Below are positions 30,387-44,656 of a DNA stretch of 64,000 nucleotides, piece by piece. The notes under the pieces are model-generated. The model was not told where the DNA came from. It did not search any database and saw only the letters and a list, made by a program, of their open reading frames with translations. The stretch comes from Octopus vulgaris (taxonomy: Eukaryota). The translations under genes and the position numbers were made by a program. Position 1 is the first letter of the stretch. Every line of letters starts with the position of its first letter. The stretch covers positions 15,934,001-15,998,000 of the forward strand of contig OX597828.1 of the NCBI GenBank assembly GCA_951406725.2. Direction: 5' to 3'.

Positions 30387-30582
30387 GTCGCCATGATAGA
30401 TCGTTAGCCACTACACACATTTTTTCTCTCCTTGTTTCTCTCCTTGTTTTTTCTGTGTCCCTTTCTGTAGAAGAGCGTAGGCTCGAAACGTAAAAGACTT
30501 TTTCTATTCCTGAGCGTTATACTAATACAACTGTTTGTTTTGTACACCACCTGTCTTCGTCTTTTGTTTTTTCGTAAACTTT

Positions 30583-30585
<3 letters not shown>
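30387..30585 (+). mobile_element. Short hammerhead-bearing element, family I
   Basis: Begins GTCGCCATGATAGATCGTTAGCC, ends AAACTTTCCC before (TA)n; near-identical copy at 42861-43048. Confidence 0.75.
30461..30496 (+). ncRNA. Hammerhead-like motif with variant core
   Basis: CTTT-CTGTAGA-A-GAGC(GTAG)GCTC-GAAA-CG-TA-AAAG. Confidence 0.55.
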
Positions 30586-30647
<62 letters not shown>

Positions 30648-30648
<1 letters not shown>

Positions 30649-30936
30649 GTTGTTGTATTTAGGGATGGTCATTCTTTTTTTGCCTAATAAATACACGCAC
30701 TATATATTTGTTCTTCACTCGTTTATTACTGTTCTAACAGAATGAGCAAGGGCGCACACGAAAACGAAAAGTCTCGCTGAAGAGGTCATAGATGTGTGAC
30801 GAAAGATTTCCGGACTATGGACATGATTTAAAATAAAAAAAGAAAAAAAAAACAGTAATATATGAGTGAAGAACAAATATATAGTGCGTCTGTTTATTTG
30901 GCTATAAAAAAATGACCATCCCGAAATATAACAATA
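30648..30936. mobile_element. Fold-back element, ~85-bp inverted arms around a hammerhead
   Basis: GGGATGGTCATT...CGCACTATATATTTGTTCTTCACTC...TTACTGTT mirrored by AACAGTAA...GAGTGAAGAACAAATATATAGTGCG...AATGACCATCCC. Confidence 0.8.
30770..30816 (+). ncRNA. Type I hammerhead ribozyme motif
   Basis: AGTCTCG-CTGAAGA-G-GTCATA(GATG)TGTGAC-GAAA-GATT-TC-CGGACT; canonical core, stem I with one bulge. Confidence 0.7.
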
Positions 30937-30966
30937 TCTTTTTCATCACACGACTTGCCATCAATA

Positions 30967-31171
<205 letters not shown>

Positions 31172-31639
31172 CACACACACATATATATATGCGCTTGTTC
31201 ATTTTTGTCCCCTCGCCATCACTTGACAACCGATGTTGGTGTGTTTACATACCCGTAACTAGTGAGCTGGAGTCAATTTCTTCGATTAAAAAGCCTTTTA
31301 AGGCGGCGCTCCAGCATGGCCGCGGTCAAATGACTGAAACGAGCAGAAGAATGCAAGAATAAAAGAATAGCGCGTAGGCGTGGTTTTGTGTGGTTAAGGA
31401 AGTCGCTTTGCAACCATGTGATCTCTTGTTCCGTCCCACTGCGCGGCAACTTGATCAAGTGTCTTCTTCTGTAATCCTCAAGACTGCTAATGCCTTAGGG
31501 GTGAATTTGATTGATGGAAACTCTACGTGCGCGCATGCGTGTGAATAAACTTGCAGTAATATAGTGAGAGCTCATGTCACTTTAGTACATGAATCTGTGT
31601 GTCTCCTGTTTGTTTGTGTATATTGTGTACGTGTGTGTT

Positions 31640-31925
31640 TTATTTGTTCCTTCTCGAGCCATGCCTGGCTCATAAGGGTCGGTTTCCCGCTCTCCTTGGC
31701 GTATAGGTTCTCCACCTGGACGGGACGCCGGTCTGTCGCAGGTGAGCTGCAAGATGCAGGAGGAAAGAGTGAGAGAAAGTTGTTGGCGAAAGAGTCAGCT
31801 GAAGTTCGCCATTACCTTCTGCCGGAGCCGCGTGGAACTTAGATGTTTTCGCTCATAAACACACACATCACCCAGTCTGAGACTCGAACCCGCGATTCCT
31901 CGACCACTAGGCCATGTGCCTCCAC
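31640..31925 (-). mobile_element. SINE head C + tail Z
   Basis: Reverse complement homologous to 38622-38878. Confidence 0.8.
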
Positions 31926-32954
31926 ACGTGTGTATGTATTCGTGTGTTTATTCTATATGCTTATGTGATTTAGTGCATGTATTCATCGCAGGTACCTCAA
32001 ACGGAGAATCCCTGGAATGTTTTCCAACTTCCCAGTATATCAATTGTATTAAGAGAATACCGATCAGTTTGCTTCAGTTTTGTCTTGAAAACCCCAGCAT
32101 TTCCTGGCTTTTTATTTTAAATATATTTTGTTTTAAATACATTGTAACACAGCCCAATGCACCTATGTTAATAGATACAAATGAAAAAACTATACAATGT
32201 GTATAGCAACTTTATGGTCCACACTAGTTCTCCGCAGATGTTCTTCTTTTCCGCCATTTTTGACGAAGCATTTTCATGCACTAGGCACAACAGTGCATAA
32301 CGTTTTTGCCCTAACACGCAGAAGAAAATTTAGCCTATTGCATTTACTCTGAGTCGATGCTTTTATCGAAATTTTCTTCGAGTACCCTTTAATTTTAAAT
32401 ATGCGGATACATTCTGTTTCTGGTGTTACTCTTATGGCTACCGGGACAATCCTTGAGGTGGTTTTAACGACAATGAGAAGGTAATACTTCTTCGAACATT
32501 TTTGGACAGTTGCTACTGATGTGGGTGATAATTTTCGCCCTGGTATCGCACAATCGACATTTTCTATCACAACGTGGAAGTTTCGATACATCCTTATCAG
32601 AAATTTAGTAGGTGTCTCCTGTCCCTGGATAGAAAAGGTGTAGTCTTCCAGGTGAGATGTAAAGTATCTATCAAAGGTTCAAGAGAGACTACATTTCTTG
32701 TCAATTTTGTTATGTATGTATGTATGTATGCATTGCACGTATGTGTGTAGGCTCGTATATATGCATGTGTCCTTTGTATAATGGTTTATACGCATGTAGT
32801 TCTGTATGTTCGCTCACACTCACAGTCACACATATGTACACATAGATATATACACCAATGCAAATACGGGGGAAATTTATGAATTTACAACCCCTTAGAC
32901 ATACATACATACGAACGTATATATACACACACAAACACATATATATATACATAC

Positions 32955-33660
32955 ACACACATGTATATAATATATACACCTTTATATAAAGGAACATACA
33001 AGCATACAGATATATCTACACACACACGCATATATTCATATATACATATAAATATACACACACACATGTATATAATATATACACATTTATATAAAGGAAC
33101 ATACAAGCATACATATATATCTACACATACACGCAAATATTCATATATATACATATACACACACATGTATATAATATATACACATTTATATAAAGGAACA
33201 TACAAACATACAGATATATCTACACACACACACATATATTCATATATGCATATAAATACACACACACACATGTATATAATATATACACATTTATATAAAG
33301 GAACATACAAGCATACATATATATCTACACACACACACACACACGCATATCTTCATATATACATATAAATACACACACACACGTGTATATAATATATGCA
33401 CATTTATATAAAGGAACATACAACCATATATATATATATATCTACACACACACGCATATATTCATATATACATATAAATATACACACACATGTATATAAT
33501 ATATACACATTTATATAAAGGAACATACAAGCATACATATATATCTACACACACACGCATATATTCATATATACATATAAATATACACACACATGTATAT
33601 AATATATACACATTTATATAAAGGAACATACAAGCATGCAGATATATCTACACACACACA
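32955..33660. repeat. Minisatellite, 7 copies of a ~100-115-bp unit
   Basis: TTTATATAAAGGAACATACAA recurs at about 32981, 33086, 33185, 33290, 33403, 33510 and 33613. Confidence 0.92.
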
Positions 33661-34639
33661 CACGCATATAAACACACATATATAAATGAATTCAAAAACT
33701 AATATATATCCATGCATACCTATTTGTTTGTGTGTGCGTGCGTGTGTGCGCCTGTGTGTATGTGTGTTTGCCTAAGTACGTGTGAGTATATATATATGTA
33801 TGTGTGAAAGAATATCTGAGTGTGAAATATAACACCAAACACCGGTGCTGCTTTTTCACTATGATTTCTATTTATATATTTATTTATTTTTGTTTTTGCT
33901 ATATCGATCCTTCTGCCCCATCAATTGCGATAATTCACCGTTTCTTTATCCGAGCTTCAAGTCAATACACATGATTAGGAAGACACTTTCTTCGGGAACG
34001 AAAGCGCCATGCCGAAGGTTTCCATAGCAACAGCGATCTTGCCATTTCTCTGTGATTTCTTCAATAATGGCTACCGAAGCGTGACAACTTCTGCTTAAAT
34101 GTCGTTGAATCTTTTGACAGCATTCATATAATTGCTTGTTAGTGTAATGCTATATATAAGAAGAAGGAGTATTGGCGGTCTGGTCCACCATTTTGTTTTC
34201 TTGTTTTGTCTTTTGTAAAGTGATTTAGTGTATGAAAACGTTTCGCTTTTCTGCCAGAGATTCAACTGTCGTTTATCAGTTCAACACAGTTAGCAGTTAG
34301 TCATGTCTTAAACTATTGTTCCCGACAAGAAGAAATTGAAACATTTTCATCATTGTTTCTTACAGATGCCGCCTCTTGACGCGTTTCTCTTCTTTTTCTC
34401 TTCAAACATTTATGTATATTCTTTTTGGAGTCATGGAATCATTGGAGCTTCAGTTTTTTCCCTTTACATATACAAATACATAGGTACGTACCTACGTACA
34501 TACATACATACATATATGGATAGATAGTCATTCATCCGTACATACATACAATAATTCCTACATACCATGTGTGTATGTGTGTATACATGTATATGTATAT
34601 ACATACATACATATGATCATACATTTTTACATGAGTATA

Positions 34640-34701
<62 letters not shown>

Positions 34702-35391
34702 ATATATATATACATATATATATATATTTATACTCATGTAAAAATGTATGTTCATATGTATGTATGTATATACATATACATATATATATATATTTATACT
34801 CATGTAAAAATGTATGTTCATATGTATATATGTATATACATATACATGTATACACACATACACACACACACACACACACATATATATGTACACACATACA
34901 CATATCCATTTACATACATACATGCATATAGCATACTCGCTTGCATACATACATATATACATTCATATATACACACATACACCCACTCACCCCCACCCCC
35001 AGACACCCACACCCACACACCTACACCTACACCCCACCCCACACCTAAACTCACACCCATACACCCATACCCACATATATAAAGCCTTAGTTATATAATA
35101 ACACAGGGACATTAAATCACAAATGTGTTCAGAAAGATTTATTTTGCTGTCCTGTTTCATTCTTTTTTATTCTGTTTTATTCTTTTATCTTCACACTATT
35201 CTGTGTTATTTCATCTTATCGTCATGTTTGTGGGATGACGGAATACTAGAATGGTGGAGTGGCGGAATGGTGGAATGGCGGAATGGTGGAACGGTGGAAT
35301 GGTGGAATGGTGAAAAGGGGTTGTTATGAGATTTTGTAATGTACCGAAACAACTAAACGACAGATCTGTATTTATTTTATTATTTTATATA

Positions 35392-35455
<64 letters not shown>

Positions 35456-35499
35456 TATGAGCTTATATTATATAATATATATATAATAAATATAATATA

Positions 35500-35569
<70 letters not shown>

Positions 35570-35809
35570 TTGTTTCTGTTTTATATTCTTTTTTTTCTGT
35601 CGTTGTTGTTGCAGGTTTTATAATATTCGTTTCACTGCATTTACAACAGTGAAAGTGACAAGGGAGTATCTGTGAAACTTGGACGGAACAAATACTACAA
35701 GGGATTTTTGCTAAAAAGAACCGGATTATTGTTTATATTTTGCTGAAGCATACAACTATACACGGATATATCACAGCGAAAACACACATGCTCACACTGA
35801 TACATACAT

Positions 35810-36343
35810 CTTGCTTCCAAACCACATGGTTCCGGGTTCAGTCCCACTGCGTGGTACCTTGGACAAGTATCTTCTACTATAGCTTCGGGCTGACCAAAGA
35901 CTTGTGAGTAGTTTGGTCGATGGAAACTGAAAGAAGCTCGTCATATATATATTCTTTTTTTTTATTTGTTATAGTCATTTGACTGAGGTCATGCTGGAGC
36001 ACCGTCTTTAGTCGAACAAATCGACCCCAGGACTTATTCTTTGTAAGCCTAGTACTTATTCTATCGGTCACTTTTGCCGAACCGCTAAGTTACGGGTACG
36101 TGAACACACCAGCATCGGTTGTTACAAACGCAGATACAAACATATACACACACATACATACATATATATACATATATACGACGGGCTTCTTTCATTTTTT
36201 GCCTACCAAATCCACTCACATGGCCTTGGTCAGCCCGAGGTTATAGTATAAGACACTTGCCCAAGGTGCCACGCAGTGGGAATGAACCCGGAACCTTGTG
36301 GTTGGTAAGCAAACTACTTACCACCCAGCCACTCCTACGCCTA
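35810..36343. mobile_element. Two SINE B copies in inverted orientation
   Basis: Plus-strand head 35810-35945 and full minus-strand copy 35960-36343. Confidence 0.85.
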
Positions 36344-36406
36344 TATATATATATATAGAGTCCCAACAAACGTGAATAGTGATTATACATACATACATAC
36401 ATACAT

Positions 36407-36480
<74 letters not shown>

Positions 36481-36974
36481 GTATGTATAATCACTATTCA
36501 CTTTTGTTGGGACTCTTTCGGAGTAGATGAAAGAACGACAACTGCTAAATTAGGTCGACAGTTTGACAAAAAGAATGCTATAGAATACCAGCTATAAAAT
36601 GAATACAGAAGTCAGACTTGATTGACTAAATCCTTCAAGATGGTGCTCCAGCTTGGCCGTAGTTCAATGACAGAAACAAGTGAAGTAATTAAAGATCTTT
36701 GTTTTTGAAAATAGAAAAAATATTTACATTCGGTTTGCAAGATTTTGTCTCGTATGTTGGGAAACACACGCGCTGGTTCGTTTTCAATTCTTTTATTATA
36801 TTAGGCAGAGATAGATTTGGAATAGAGAGGTATGTCATTGATACGGTTGCGAAAAGCAACGGAAGGACTGCGACCGATCTAGCTGATTGATTGATTGACT
36901 GATTGATTGAGCGATCAATTAATCAAACTTTCGATAAGTTAATTGTGTAAATGGTTAGCTAATTAAGTAATACT

Positions 36975-37601
36975 GATATCAAATTTCCGCACAACGCCAG
37001 CAATTTCCGGGATGGGGGGAGGCAGTTCGATTACATCGGCTCCAGTGTTCAACAGGTACTTATTTTATCGACCCTAAAAAGATGGAAGTCTAAGTCACCC
37101 TCGCTAGAATTCGATCTCAGAACGTAAGGTCGGACGAAATGCCGCTAAGCATTTTGCCCGGCGTACTAACGATTCTACCAGTTCACCGCCTTAACTAATT
37201 GACAAATAATAATTATAATGAAATTATAAATTCAAGGCGGTGAGCTGGCAGAATCTTTAGCACGCCGGGCGAAATGCGTTCTGAGTTCAAATTCCGCCGA
37301 GGTCGACTTTGCCTTTCATCCTTTCGGGGTCGATTAAATAAGTACTAGTTACGCACTGGGGTCGATATAATCGACTTAATCTATTTATCTCCTCTGTGTG
37401 TAGCTCTTTGTGGGTAGTAAAGAAGTAGGTATTTCGTCTGTCGTTACGTTCTGAGTTCAAATTCTGCCGAGGTCGACTTTGCCTTTCATCCTTTCGGGGT
37501 CGATTAAATAAGTACCAGTTACGCTCTGGGGTCGATGTAATCGAACTAATCCCTTTGTTTGTCCCTTCTATGCTTAGCCCCTTGTGGACAATAAAGAAAT
37601 A
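36975..37601. mobile_element. Head-to-head SINE A pair; plus copy has two tandem bodies
   Basis: Minus copy about 36975-37192; plus copy 37235-37601 flanked by AATAATTATAATG repeats. Confidence 0.85.
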
Positions 37602-38311
37602 AATAATTATAATGGAAAAAAGTGAATTAGAACCAGTCTATTATTGGTCCCAGGATACGGCAAATCATCCCTGGATACGACAAATAAAATAAACGAATAG
37701 AAGGGTGAGGTTTGAGGGTGATTTCGTTTCTATTTCTAGCAGATAGAAATAACGGCTCCCTCGTTGATTCGCTTATCTGAAGTATTGGCGTTTGGTAGAA
37801 TACAAAAGATGAAAGGTAGTTTCATAGGAAGTCAATTCATCTCTGTACTCAGAAATGAAAAAAAAAAATCAGATAATGTTTTGTTGGAATCAAAGAAAAC
37901 AGATAAGACGAGAAGCAAACTTATGAAGTAAGTGAAGATGCGAGCTTTTAAGTTATCGTAGGAAGTTTCGCTGTGTATTTATTTTGATCAGTGTGGGGCA
38001 GTTTACGTAACTTTGCAGCGGAATATGTACCAGATCTCCTGGGTAATATTAATCTCAAATTTTGGCACAAGGCCAGGTATTTTGTGGGAGGCGGGAAATA
38101 GCTGATTATTTCGACTCCGGTATTCAACTGGTACTTTTTACGTCTTTCTGTCATTTGACTGTGGCCATGCTGGAGCACCGCCTTTAGTCGAGCAAATCGA
38201 CCTTAGGACTTATTCTTTGTAAGCCTAGTATTTATTCTATCGGTTCTTTTTGCTGAAACGCTAAGTTACGGGGACGCTAATTTTAACGGCCTCGAAAGAA
38301 ACTCGTGCTGT

Positions 38312-38366
<55 letters not shown>

Positions 38367-38621
38367 TGTGTATGCTTGTGTGTGTGTGTGTGTGTTTGTT
38401 TCCCCATCGTTTGACAGTGTTGGTGTGCTTACATACCTGTAACTTAGCGGTTCGGCAAAAGAAAACGATAGAATAAGTACCAGGCTTGAAAGAAAAGAAA
38501 AAAACAAAGAAAATGAAAAAGAAGTATTGGGGCCGATTCATTCGACTAAATCTTTTTTAAAGCGGTGCTCCAGCATGACCACAGTCTAATGACTGAAATA
38601 AATAAAAGGTAATATGATATC

Positions 38622-38878
38622 CGTGGAGGCACATGGCCTAGTAATTAGAGCAGCGGACTCGCGGTCGAGGGATAGCGGGTTCGAATCTCAGACCGGTAGA
38701 AGGTAATGGAGAGCTTCTGCTGAGTCTCTCGTCACAACTTTCTCTCACTCTTTCCTCCTGCATCTTGCAGCTCACCTGCGACGGACCCGCGTCCCGTCCA
38801 GGTGGAGATCCTATACGCCAAGGAAACCGGGAAACCGGCCCTTATGAGCCAGGCATGGCTCGAGAAGGAACAAACAAT
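38622..38878 (+). mobile_element. SINE head C + tail Z
   Basis: GTGGAGGCACATGGCCTAG...GGTTCGAATCTC; tail CCTGCGACGGAC..GCGTCCCGTCCAGGTGG...GAAGGAACAAACAA. Confidence 0.8.
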
Positions 38879-39144
38879 ATGATAACCAAAGAAATTTGCC
38901 ATGTTATTGATAGAAGCATTATGATAAGGAAGTCTAGGCCCTTAAAAAGCATAAGAGACAGCTGAGCAAAACATGTTATCGTAGAGCGTGTTGTGGAAGG
39001 TAGAGCCAGCCAAGCTGCAAATGCTCCTCGTACGATGTGCCTCTATTTCCGGGTTGTCTCCCCTTGTGGCTCGAGTAACACTGCTGATTCTTATTGCTAC
39101 GGAGATTATGTTTTTTTTGGGTAGTATTCAGTCTCATAGTATTA

Positions 39145-39515
39145 TGGAGGCGCAATGGCCCAGTGGTTAGGGCGGTGGACTCGCAGTCTTAGGTTCGCGG
39201 TTTCGATTCCAAGACCGGGCGTTGTGAGTGTTTCTTGAACGAAAACACCTAAAGTTCCACGAGGCTCCGGCAGCGGGTGGTGGTGAACCCTACTGTACTC
39301 TTTCACCTCAACTTTCTCTCACTCTTTCTTCCTGTTTCTGTTGTACCTGTATTTCAAAGATCCAGCCTTGTCACACTCTGTGTCACGCTGAATCTCCCCG
39401 ACAACTACGTTAAGGGTACATGTGTCTGTGGAGTGCTCAGCTACTTGCACATTAATTTCACGAACAGGCTGCTCCGTTGATCGGATCAACTGGAACACAA
39501 CCGACGGAGTGCCAA
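39145..39515 (+). mobile_element. SINE head C + tail X
   Basis: TGGAGGCGCAATGGCCCAGTGGTT head; tail shared with 4260-4440 and 44313-44490. Confidence 0.85.
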
Positions 39516-39755
39516 CAACAAAATTCAGTCTCACCCGTCTGGCCACTCTCACCCATCTTTCGGCAAACATTATCATTTAGGCAGTCATCGTAATTGTTAT
39601 AATGTCTTGTTGTTGAGATAGGCTTTCTTTCTTTCCTGATGAGAAGATTGCATTTTACACCGTTTATTCCTTTGGAATAAAACCATGTTGTCTTCGAAAC
39701 ATCTGTCGGAAGTAAAAGAAATTTAATAACATCTTCGTTCAACTCCATTTATTTA

Positions 39756-39845
<90 letters not shown>

Positions 39846-39879
39846 TATATGAATACACACACACACACACACACACAAA

Positions 39880-40166
39880 GGCATATGGCTCAGTGGTTAG
39901 AACGTTGTGCTCACATTCATAAGGTAATGAGTTTGATTCCCAGACAGGGCTGTATGTCGCGTTTTTGAGCAAGACATTTTTTTTCACATTGCTCCAGCTC
40001 ACTCACCTGTAGGAATTAGTTGCGACGACGTCACTGGTGCCAAGTTGTATTGGCCTCTGCTTTTCCACTGAGGGAAATTTGCCATGCATTGGCGACTGCT
40101 GGTTTTCTGTAGCAAACCTTACCAGGACTTGTGCCTCGGAGGGGAACTTTCTTGGTGCAATCTCAT
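39880..40166 (+). mobile_element. SINE head D + tail Y, 3' end cut by a palindrome
   Basis: Collinear with 12768-13080 up to GTGCAATCTCAT. Confidence 0.75.
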
Positions 40167-40311
40167 AATCGAAGAGGGTTTTTACCAATTTTTATAGACA
40201 CATACATATACATGTTCTCGTGGTGTTGTGTGCGGGTGAATGTGTATGTATTGCAAATGCACAAGTATGCACAAATCTGTCCGTTGACGGATGCGAGTAT
40301 ATGTGTGTGTG

Positions 40312-40359
<48 letters not shown>

Positions 40360-40506
40360 CACACACACATATACTCGCATCCGTCAACGGACAGATTTGT
40401 GCATATGCATTTGCAATACATACACATTCACCCGCACACAACACCACGAGAACATGTATATGTATGTGTCTATAAAAATTGGTAAAAACCCTCTTCGATT
40501 ATGAGA
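40161..40506. repeat. 346-bp near-perfect palindrome centred on (TA)n
   Basis: TCTCATAATCGAAGAGGG... mirrored by ...CCCTCTTCGATTATGAGA; one 4-bp indel seen. Confidence 0.95.
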
Positions 40507-40563
40507 AAGCCTATATATATATATTATGAGAAAGCCTATATATATATATATTATGAGAAAGCC

Positions 40564-40627
<64 letters not shown>

Positions 40628-40955
40628 CGCGAGTGCTTGTAAACACGTAGGTGTGTGCGCACTTTTAACTAAAGCATTCTTGCCGATCTTACTCATGCGA
40701 CACAAGGTTTAAGGAAATATTTGGAGATCTGGATTCAGCTATTTGTTTACAGCATCTGTTGTCCAATGTATTAGCGTTGAGTCGATGGGACAATAAAATA
40801 CAATATATACATACATGTGCATATATATATGTAGATGCATGCACGCATGCACATTACATATATACATAAATAATGCATATACACAAAATTTACATGCAGA
40901 TATACATGCATACACACATGCAAATATATATATATATAAAGACGATACACACTCA

Positions 40956-40998
<43 letters not shown>

Positions 40999-41068
40999 AC
41001 GATACACACACATGACATGTATACATATATATCCATATACATGTACACATATATTACATTTATACCTA

Positions 41069-41114
<46 letters not shown>

Positions 41115-41479
41115 ATATATTCTTATATATAGGTATATGCACAAATTTGTATGTACATATGCACATAGATATGCGCACGTGAGAGAGGGTGAGATAGACA
41201 GGGAGATAGAGGAGGAGAGAAGGGAGGGTTGAGAGAAAAAAGAGAAGGAGAGGCTGAGAGAAGATGAAAGAAAGAAGGATGCGGAAGTTTTAATATTTGC
41301 AGTTACGACGATGATGATGATGATATTGGGTTCTCGTTTGCACTGATTTATGTATATTAGCATAAGTCTGTAAGTACACACACACATAGGAACATATATA
41401 TATATATAGATAGATAGATAGATAGATAGATATGGCACGTGTTTGTGTATCTTGGTGTTTGGGATGGGAGAAGCGTAAG

Positions 41480-41870
41480 ACTTATTAGTTTACTCAAGCG
41501 TCATGTTGATGAGATTAATATCAGGAAATCTTTCAGCTTAACCAGAAAGGAATCGGCCCTGTATCCTTGATGAGTTTTTGAAAGTTACATGAATATGAAA
41601 ATGCGACTTGGGGGTCATGCAGAGAAGAAACATTCTTTGAACAGATGGTTTGTCAAATCCCTTACATGTCAAGGCGTTTCTTAATCGTTGAATATCCTAG
41701 CATGTCTGCTAGTGTTTACTAATGGAATAACCACTTTTCTGGACAAGAGAAATTAAGTGTCATATTAATTCTTAATTTCTTATTGTTATCTAACCGTTCA
41801 ATATCTTCTGCCGCATAACTTTCTCTTTCCATTATCCTTTGTCTCCGTCTTCGATATAATGCAGAGTTAG
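41480..41870 (-). mobile_element. Decayed Penelope-like RT N-terminal fragment (tentative)
   Basis: Minus strand has DKG-like and K.H...GRPI-like remnants in the expected order. Confidence 0.35.
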
Positions 41871-41923
41871 AATGTTTGCAAAGAGGCCAGGCGTTCTTGG
41901 AGCCACCTGCCTGCCTGGCTACG

Positions 41924-41964
<41 letters not shown>

Positions 41965-42026
41965 GCTTACCTATGTATGTATGTATGTATGTATGTTTGT
42001 TTGTATGTATCTATTTGTCTGTCTGT

Positions 42027-42109
<83 letters not shown>

Positions 42110-42198
42110 CATACCTATTTATCTATCTATCTAACTATCTATTCATCTATCTAGCTGTTTGTCAGTCTGTCTGTCTATCAATCTAGCCGTCTGTCTGT

Positions 42199-42258
<60 letters not shown>

Positions 42259-42804
42259 TTATCTATCTGTCGCAAACTGAATAATAGTCCCACGCATACT
42301 TATATACTTTATGCGTATCAATACAACTAAACTTATATTTCTGCATGCAGCATGCCCCCCACACACACAAACACGCGCACACACACATACACACAGAGGC
42401 ACATACACATTATTATACAGTACCTAACAAGGTCTATAATTGTTACTTAAGTTTCATTTCTTTGAAGATGCTCAGGTATATTCCTAACAGAGATAACACG
42501 CAGTCGTTACCATTGGCTAGATAATTCTAATATGGCTGCTTACACGTAATCTTAGCTCACAGCTTTACTTCTATTCATACAAAGGGCATCTTCCATTTAT
42601 TCTATCTATTATATGTCACTAATGCATATGAGTGTGTATATATGTATGTATGTGTGTGTGTGTGAGTGTGTGTGTGCCGTGTACCCCCGACTCAAACACA
42701 TACATGGATACATCTATCCATGTATGTCAGTGTGAAGCTAAATATACGGGTATAAGTTTAAATACTTCAAATTTACCTTCGGCTTTCAAATATGCGTTGT
42801 ATTT

Positions 42805-42860
<56 letters not shown>

Positions 42861-42863
<3 letters not shown>

Positions 42864-43048
42864 GCCATGATAGATCGTTAGCCACTACACACATTTTTTC
42901 TCTCCTTGTTTTTTTTGTGTACCTTTCTGTAGAAGAGCGTAGGCTCGAAACGTAAAATACTTTTTCTATTCCTGAGCGTTATACTAATACATCTGTTTGT
43001 TTTGTACGCCACCTGTCTTCGTCTTTTGTTTGTTTCGTAAACTTTCCC
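42861..43048 (+). mobile_element. Hammerhead-bearing element, family I (motif 42923-42958)
   Basis: (TA)n on both sides; CTTTCTGTAGAAGAGCGTAGGCTCGAAACGTAAAA. Confidence 0.75.
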
Positions 43049-43436
43049 TATATATATATATATGTACATAAATAGATACATACATACATTTATGTATATA
43101 CATACGCATATTGTATTTTTTTTCTTAATTATTTCCTGTTTGTATCCACAGCTGAACAACTTAATCTGTTCTTTGCCATTTCTTCTCAATGTATTTCAGA
43201 CCCGACTACTATCAACATGCTCTAGTTAAGATTAAGAGCGAAACTTTACTTATGTAACGAGAAACTGCTACATCACCTGAAGAGATCATTCTGCACCGCG
43301 GAATGTACAGTAAATCATTATACAGTTTCTCACCGGCGAAGGAGCGATGCAGGATGTGTCGAAACGCTTGTAATGATGAATAAAGTTTCCAGTATATTCT
43401 CTATCTTCCGTATCCATTGTTTCTACTACTACTACT

Positions 43437-43497
<61 letters not shown>

Positions 43498-43517
43498 ACA
43501 CTAACACACACACATGC

Positions 43518-43878
<361 letters not shown>

Positions 43879-44305
43879 GGACTACACATATACACATAAC
43901 TATATGTATGTTTATTTAGATAAATGAATGCATGCATGTATATTTATGCATGTATGTATATTATATATATGCATTGCATGCGTATGTATATACATTTATA
44001 TATATGCATAGGATGCATATATTTGTACCTTCGTTTAGTTTTGGATTACATAGCAGATAATTAGAAACACTGTGTCAAAATATATAACGTACAGGACTGC
44101 CTGATCAAGGAGCTTACGAGACAAGTACTGTGTGTTTTCCAGCAATTGCTAGGTACTGTATGCACTCCAGTTTTTAAACGAGATTCGGTTTGAGACTACC
44201 TGCATAGTACATTTGAAAGGGGATTTTTTCTTGACAGAGTCCAGTAAAATTTTTACTGAAAACAGTGATTGTAATTTCATCGTTTTGGTATTTTATCGGT
44301 AGATA

Positions 44306-44634
44306 TATAAAAGACTCCGCCGGTTACGACGACGAGGGTCCCAGCTGATACGATCAACGGAACAGCTTGCTCGTGAAATTAACGTGCAAATGGCTGAGCA
44401 TTCCACAGACACGTGTACCCTTAACGTAGTTCTCGGGGATAATTAGCGTGACACAGAGAGTGACAAGGCTGACCCTTTGAAATACAAGTACAACTCATTT
44501 TTGCCAGCTGAGTGGACTGGAGCAACGTGAAATAAAGTGTCTTGCTCAAGGACACAACGTGTCGCCGGGAATCGAACTCACAACCTTACGATCATGAGCC
44601 GAATGCCCTAACCACTAAGCCACGCGCCCTCACA
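44306..44634 (-). mobile_element. Full-length SINE head D + tail X with 12-bp TSD
   Basis: TATCGGTAGATA at 44294-44305 and 44635-44646; intact A and B boxes. Confidence 0.9.
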
Positions 44635-44656
44635 TATCGGTAGATAATTATATTAC

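Noticed and set aside
32955-33660. Regularly spaced repeat resembling a CRISPR array
   Set aside because: The 'spacers' are homologous to each other, the context is eukaryotic, and there are no cas genes.
44540-44634. tRNA-like sequences here and at 60-141, 12768-12845 and 39145-39220
   Set aside because: A/B boxes are followed by SINE bodies and some have TSDs; they are SINE heads, not tRNA genes.
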